This document shows, piece after piece, positions 59,832-64,000 of a DNA stretch of 64,000 nt. The position numbers and the translations under genes were made by a program. The stretch comes from an uncultured Bacilli bacterium. Lineage in GTDB: Bacteria > Bacillota_I > Bacilli_A > RF39 > UBA660. Each line of letters begins with the position of its first letter. Position 1 is the first letter of the stretch. Under the pieces are notes generated by a model. The model was not told the origin of the DNA. It saw nothing but the letters and a program-made list of their open reading frames with translations, and did no database searches. The stretch lies in NCBI GenBank assembly GCA_947591505.1, contig CANQDM010000001.1, positions 25,316-89,315 on the forward strand. Direction: 5' to 3'.

Positions 59832-61092
59832 GGCAATCGCATAAAAAAATAATGTAAAATTATGGTACAATTACTTTTTATAATAAAAAAAATCATGTAT
59901 TCTTATAATAGGGACGGTGTAAGAATATATGAAATCATTAATTAATCATTTTGAAATATTAGAAGATCCAAGAGATATAAGAGGAAAAAAACATAATTTA
60001 GCAAATATATTAGTAATGACTGTATATGGTATTTTATGTGGATATACAGATTTTGAAAATATGGCTGATTTTTTAGAAGTCCATGAAGATTATTTTACTA
60101 ATCTTTTATCATTAGAAAATGGTATTCCATCTCATGATACTTTTTCTAGAGTCTTTTCTCTAATTGATAGTAAAAATTTTTTGAATATATTTATTGATTG
60201 GATAAAAGAAATTGTAGATAAAAACGGACAACATTTATGTATTGATGGTAAAGCAATAAAAAGTGCTAGAGATGCCATAAATGGTGGTAATACTCCTTAT
60301 ATAGTTTCAGGTTTTCTTGCTGATATAGGTATATCTATTGGTCAAGTTAAAGTAAATGATAAATCTAATGAAATTACTGCTATACCTGATTTAATTAATC
60401 TTTTAGATATTGAAGGTAAAATTATTACAATTGATGCCATCGGTACTCAAGAAGATATTTGCAATTTAATTACTAGTAAAGATAAAAAAGGAGATTATAT
60501 TTTAAAAGTTAAAGATAATCAAAAAGACTTAAAAGATGATATTAAAACTTATTTCGATTTAGGACTTAAAAGAGATGATACTGATATTATTATTTGGGAT
60601 ACTGATTATGAAAAAGATCATGGAAGAATAGAAAAAAGAATGTATTATCTATCATATAATATTGATTGTATAACTGACAAAAATAAATGGAAATCTGTAA
60701 AAGCAATTGGTAGAATTGATGTTTATCGTGAAGAAAATGGACAAGTTAAAACAACAAAACATTATTATATTTTAAGTAATACATTTGATATTAATACATT
60801 CATAAAAACATCTAGAGAACATTGGAATATAGAATGTTCCTTACATTGGCGATTAGATGTAATTATGGATGAAGATCATTCTAGGAATAGAATTGGATAT
60901 TCTATCGATAATTTATCTTTAATTCGTAAAATTGTCTTTAATCTTGCTAGACTTGATAATTCTATGGGAAAACTTACATTAAAGAAAAAAATGACTCGAT
61001 ATATAAGCGATTTCAATAATATTGAAAATCTTATATTCAATGTCATTCCTTCTTTGTAATTCTACTTTACGTTAAATTTTTATGCGATTGCC
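59832..61092 (+). mobile_element. ISAs1-family insertion sequence (~1261 bp) with 16-bp perfect terminal inverted repeats GGCAATCGCATAAAAA
   Basis: Left 59832-59847 ggcaatcgcataaaaa; right 61077-61092 tttttatgcgattgcc (exact reverse complement). One transposase ORF. Confidence 0.7.
59929..61059 (+). CDS. ISAs1-family transposase (H-repeat-associated protein-like)
   Basis: The N-terminus FEILEDPRDIRGKKHNLANILVMTVYGILCG matches the ISAs1 signature DPR..RGK.H.L.DIL; 376 aa; DDE-like blocks. Confidence 0.75.
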   Translation: MKSLINHFEILEDPRDIRGKKHNLANILVMTVYGILCGYTDFENMADFLEVHEDYFTNLLSLENGIPSHDTFSRVFSLIDSKNFLNIFIDWIKEIVDKNGQHLCIDGKAIKSARDAINGGNTPYIVSGFLADIGISIGQVKVNDKSNEITAIPDLINLLDIEGKIITIDAIGTQEDICNLITSKDKKGDYILKVKDNQKDLKDDIKTYFDLGLKRDDTDIIIWDTDYEKDHGRIEKRMYYLSYNIDCITDKNKWKSVKAIGRIDVYREENGQVKTTKHYYILSNTFDINTFIKTSREHWNIECSLHWRLDVIMDEDHSRNRIGYSIDNLSLIRKIVFNLARLDNSMGKLTLKKKMTRYISDFNNIENLIFNVIPSL

Positions 61093-61097
61093 TTATT

Positions 61098-63737
61098 TTA
61101 AATATTCTCATTTCTAATTGTTTCAATGGTATTTTGTTTATTTATTTTACTCATTGAGTATTTCATAATACAAGTAATAAGTAAGAATACAAAGATAATC
61201 GTAATTAGTATGGCCTTTATTGGAATGTTATAAATACCAGTTTCATCTTTTAAAGCCATAAATATTAAATATGATAATATTAGACCAATTGGAATACCAA
61301 ACAATAATGATTTTAAGCCCATAAAGATACTTTCTAATCTAACCATGCGATTAAATTCTCTTTTAGTCATGCCAATTGACTTTAACATCGCAAATTCTTG
61401 TCTTCTTAATTCCATACTAGTAGTAATAGTATTAAAGATATTCGTAATACCAATTAGAGATATAACAATGATAAAACCATATAAGAAAATACCTATTAAA
61501 GTAAATAAATTATGCATCATATTATAATCTTCTTCGGTATTATTTAAATAATACTCGTCATCTTTTAATATTTCATCAATATTATCTTGTAATTTAGAAG
61601 CATCATTTGATTTAATATAAAGATATCCTTGATCATCTTTTTCAAAATATTTATCCCATAATTCATCACTAACAATAACAATACTTTCATATTCTCTTGT
61701 ACTTAAACTAAATGGATTTTCATCTGTTACTAAGGCAACTTTTAAATCAAAATTTTTATCATTGCCAATAAATGAAATAACATCATTTTTCTGATAGTCA
61801 TACATTCTGTAACGATAATCTTTATTATTTAAAGAATATAATACTCTATCTAGTAAGATACCTTTATCTTTAACATCGTCATATTTTAAGCCTAATTTTT
61901 TAAGATATTTTTGATATGCATCATTTCCTATGGCCATAATTCTGATATTTTGATAAGTATCATTATTATAGCCTGTTAAATCTTGATGCTTTTTATTAAT
62001 TTTAACATTTTTAATTTCGGCTTGATATTCTCTTTGAATAGCATAATCTTCGATAGTATCTAAACTAGTTATTTCGGAAATTTTTTTAACTGCTTCATTA
62101 TTTTCTAAGTAAACATAAATATTATAATCTTCATCTTTAAATTGATTTTTAACTGTATCAAATGCCATATTCATAAATGAAGATAAGGCAATAAAAGTAG
62201 CAACTGATACCACAATTGAAATTACGGTAGTGCGATATTTTCTTTTATTTCGCTTTAAATTTTTATAAGATATTTCTCCTCCTATGCCAAATAAGTTCTT
62301 AATAATTTTAGGACATTTTATCTTTTTTGCTTTTATTTTAATATCAGCACTATTTCTAATTGACTCTATTGGTGATACTTTGGCAGCCTTTTGAGCACTT
62401 CTAATAGCAGATAAATAAATAGTTATAATACCAATGATAATAGCTATAATAATGGCTATAATTGAGAATGAAAAGTTGAGCATTTCACCATTAATTGCAG
62501 TAGAAAGGAAATAATTGGAAACAATAATTAGGATGTAGGATGCAAAGAGACCTGCTAAAATACCTAAAGGAATACCTATAATACCTAAAATAGTGGCTTC
62601 ATAAAAGACATTTTTCTTAATTTGTTTTTTAGTTGCTCCAATACTTCGAAGCATGCCGTATTGTTTCGTTTTCTCAGATACACTAATATCAAAACTGTTT
62701 TTAATACAAAAGACAGAAGTCACAACAATAATTAAACAAACAATGAATACTACTACACCTAAACCACTTATACTAGAATCTTTAATCGGATTGTTTTCGA
62801 GTTTAATTAAATAATTGTTTTCTTGAAATTTGTATTTTACATGATCTAATTCATAAAGTATATGATCACTTTCTGATTCTGATAATACTTCACCACTATG
62901 ATAAAGAATAAATAAATCTTCATCAAAACCTAAAATACCAGCGGTAATCTTTAAATTATTTTTAATTCCACTTTTAGTATATCTAGCATAAACATCAACA
63001 GTACTATTAAATTCATTATCTTTTTCAAAAGTAATAAAAGTATAGCCTGGCGCAGAATAACTTTCAACATTATAAGGAGGTCTTTCAATAATACCTACTA
63101 TTTTATAAGTAATGCTTTTCGTATTAGTAATATTTTCAATACTTTTATTATAATCATTACTTTCTAATATTTTACCATTGACATCTGCTATAACCTCCGT
63201 TGAATCATCTGGTATGTAAGGATCGTTTTGCGTTAATATAGTGCCATCACTTGATACTCTGTCACCCACATTTAAAGTAATAGTATCTCCTATATTATAA
63301 GTTACTCTACCATTAGTTTTAAGATGGGTTGGAATTACTATTTCATTTTCATTCTCTGGTAGTTTCCCATCAACTAATTTAACCCCTAAATTTTCTAATG
63401 ATTTTTGGGAAAATCCTTTAATAAAAATATAAGGTTTATTGGGATTTTTCGAATTATCAAGTTTAGCATAACCAATATTTTTGGTTAAAAATATTTCTTC
63501 AATACTCCGATTATTTTGAAAATTCTTTAAATCATTTACTGGAACATCATAATATGCCACATGAAAGTTTCCTTGTTCACTTGTTTCAAATGAAATTAAA
63601 GAGTTAATTAAACTAACATATAGAGATGATACTGCCGTTATAAGAGATACTGATAAAATAATCCCAATAATGGTGACAATAGTTCTCTTCTTATTTAAAA
63701 GAAGATTTTTCTTAGTTAATTTTTTTAACAAATTCAT
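61098..63737 (-). CDS. ABC transporter permease, FtsX-like (MacB-type, two FtsX domains with large extracytoplasmic loops)
   Basis: 879 aa; two 4-TM FtsX-like modules. An ABC ATPase gene follows 19 nt upstream in operon orientation. Confidence 0.8.
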   Translation of the reverse strand: MNLLKKLTKKNLLLNKKRTIVTIIGIILSVSLITAVSSLYVSLINSLISFETSEQGNFHVAYYDVPVNDLKNFQNNRSIEEIFLTKNIGYAKLDNSKNPNKPYIFIKGFSQKSLENLGVKLVDGKLPENENEIVIPTHLKTNGRVTYNIGDTITLNVGDRVSSDGTILTQNDPYIPDDSTEVIADVNGKILESNDYNKSIENITNTKSITYKIVGIIERPPYNVESYSAPGYTFITFEKDNEFNSTVDVYARYTKSGIKNNLKITAGILGFDEDLFILYHSGEVLSESESDHILYELDHVKYKFQENNYLIKLENNPIKDSSISGLGVVVFIVCLIIVVTSVFCIKNSFDISVSEKTKQYGMLRSIGATKKQIKKNVFYEATILGIIGIPLGILAGLFASYILIIVSNYFLSTAINGEMLNFSFSIIAIIIAIIIGIITIYLSAIRSAQKAAKVSPIESIRNSADIKIKAKKIKCPKIIKNLFGIGGEISYKNLKRNKRKYRTTVISIVVSVATFIALSSFMNMAFDTVKNQFKDEDYNIYVYLENNEAVKKISEITSLDTIEDYAIQREYQAEIKNVKINKKHQDLTGYNNDTYQNIRIMAIGNDAYQKYLKKLGLKYDDVKDKGILLDRVLYSLNNKDYRYRMYDYQKNDVISFIGNDKNFDLKVALVTDENPFSLSTREYESIVIVSDELWDKYFEKDDQGYLYIKSNDASKLQDNIDEILKDDEYYLNNTEEDYNMMHNLFTLIGIFLYGFIIVISLIGITNIFNTITTSMELRRQEFAMLKSIGMTKREFNRMVRLESIFMGLKSLLFGIPIGLILSYLIFMALKDETGIYNIPIKAILITIIFVFLLITCIMKYSMSKINKQNTIETIRNENI

Positions 63738-63756
63738 CTATTTTCACCCCTTAGAC

Positions 63757-64000
63757 TATTTTGCCATCTTCTAGTTTTATAATCCGATCGGCATATTTAG
63801 CAATTTCCATATTATGGGTAATCATAATAATGGTTTGTTTTAACTCTTTATTAGATTTTTGCAAAAGCTTAACAATTTCATCACTTGCTTTAGAATCTAG
63901 GTTACCAGTTGGTTCATCTGCTAAAATAATGGTTGGATTAGTAATTAAAGCCCTTCCAATACTAGTTCTTTGTTGTTGTCCACCAGAAAGTTCATTAGGT
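63757..64000 (-). CDS. ABC transporter ATP-binding protein (MacB/LolD-like), C-terminal part; gene continues beyond window end
   Basis: Minus-strand translation ...[81 protein letters not shown] shows the ABC signature, Walker B and H-loop. Confidence 0.85.

Noticed and set aside
1-64000. Mollicute-type genetic code (TGA = Trp) given the very low GC
   Set aside because: All conserved genes (typA, tyrS, wecB, yebC and others) give full-length products under the standard code with no need to read through TGA. The T-box, TasA-like and dockerin content also point to Clostridia-type Firmicutes.

Overview
AT-rich (~25% GC) Firmicutes-type chromosome segment, probably Clostridia-like. The pointers are a T-box leader, a TasA/SipW-type signal peptide protein and tandem dockerin repeats. 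The standard genetic code fits (long ORFs, no need for TGA=Trp). There are about 65 protein genes, most on the minus strand. (i) Positions 1 to ~26.5 kb hold one long co-oriented surface-polysaccharide / teichoic-acid-like locus. It contains an MBOAT+DHHW O-acylation pair, UDP-GlcNAc 2-epimerase, a TagA/WecG-family transferase, three GT2, one GT4, two Wzx-type flippases, two Wzy/O-antigen-ligase-like proteins, an acyltransferase-3, a soluble sulfatase-like transferase, LicD, an HTH-fused LicC-like nucleotidyltransferase, a NodB deacetylase and a ThiBPQ/FbpABC-architecture ABC importer under its own promoter. It also carries a frameshifted CMP-nonulosonate-synthetase-like relic and two G8 homopolymer tracts inside coding regions. 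(ii) Two surface proteins follow: a cadherin-like-domain protein and an SH3b/hydrolase protein ending in a duplicated dockerin module. (iii) There are three IS elements: ISLre2/ISL3-like with a 9-bp TSD, IS200 TnpA, and ISAs1 with 16-bp perfect IRs. (iv) Housekeeping genes are uppP, helD, tyrS (T-box), yebC, typA and a lone tRNA-Glu(CUC). (v) A LysR-headed operon encodes a short phosphoketolase homologue, two PHP phosphoesterases, GrpB and HAD. (vi) A candidate type III toxin-antitoxin is present: a ToxN/AbiQ-like protein preceded by ~2.2 tandem ~50-nt repeats and a terminator. (vii) A TasA/camelysin-like protein is co-transcribed with an 888-aa Asp/Cys-rich thrombospondin-type-3-like repeat protein encoded by 36-bp tandem DNA repeats, next to an IS200. 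All calls come from reading the sequence and ORF translations; no database search was possible.
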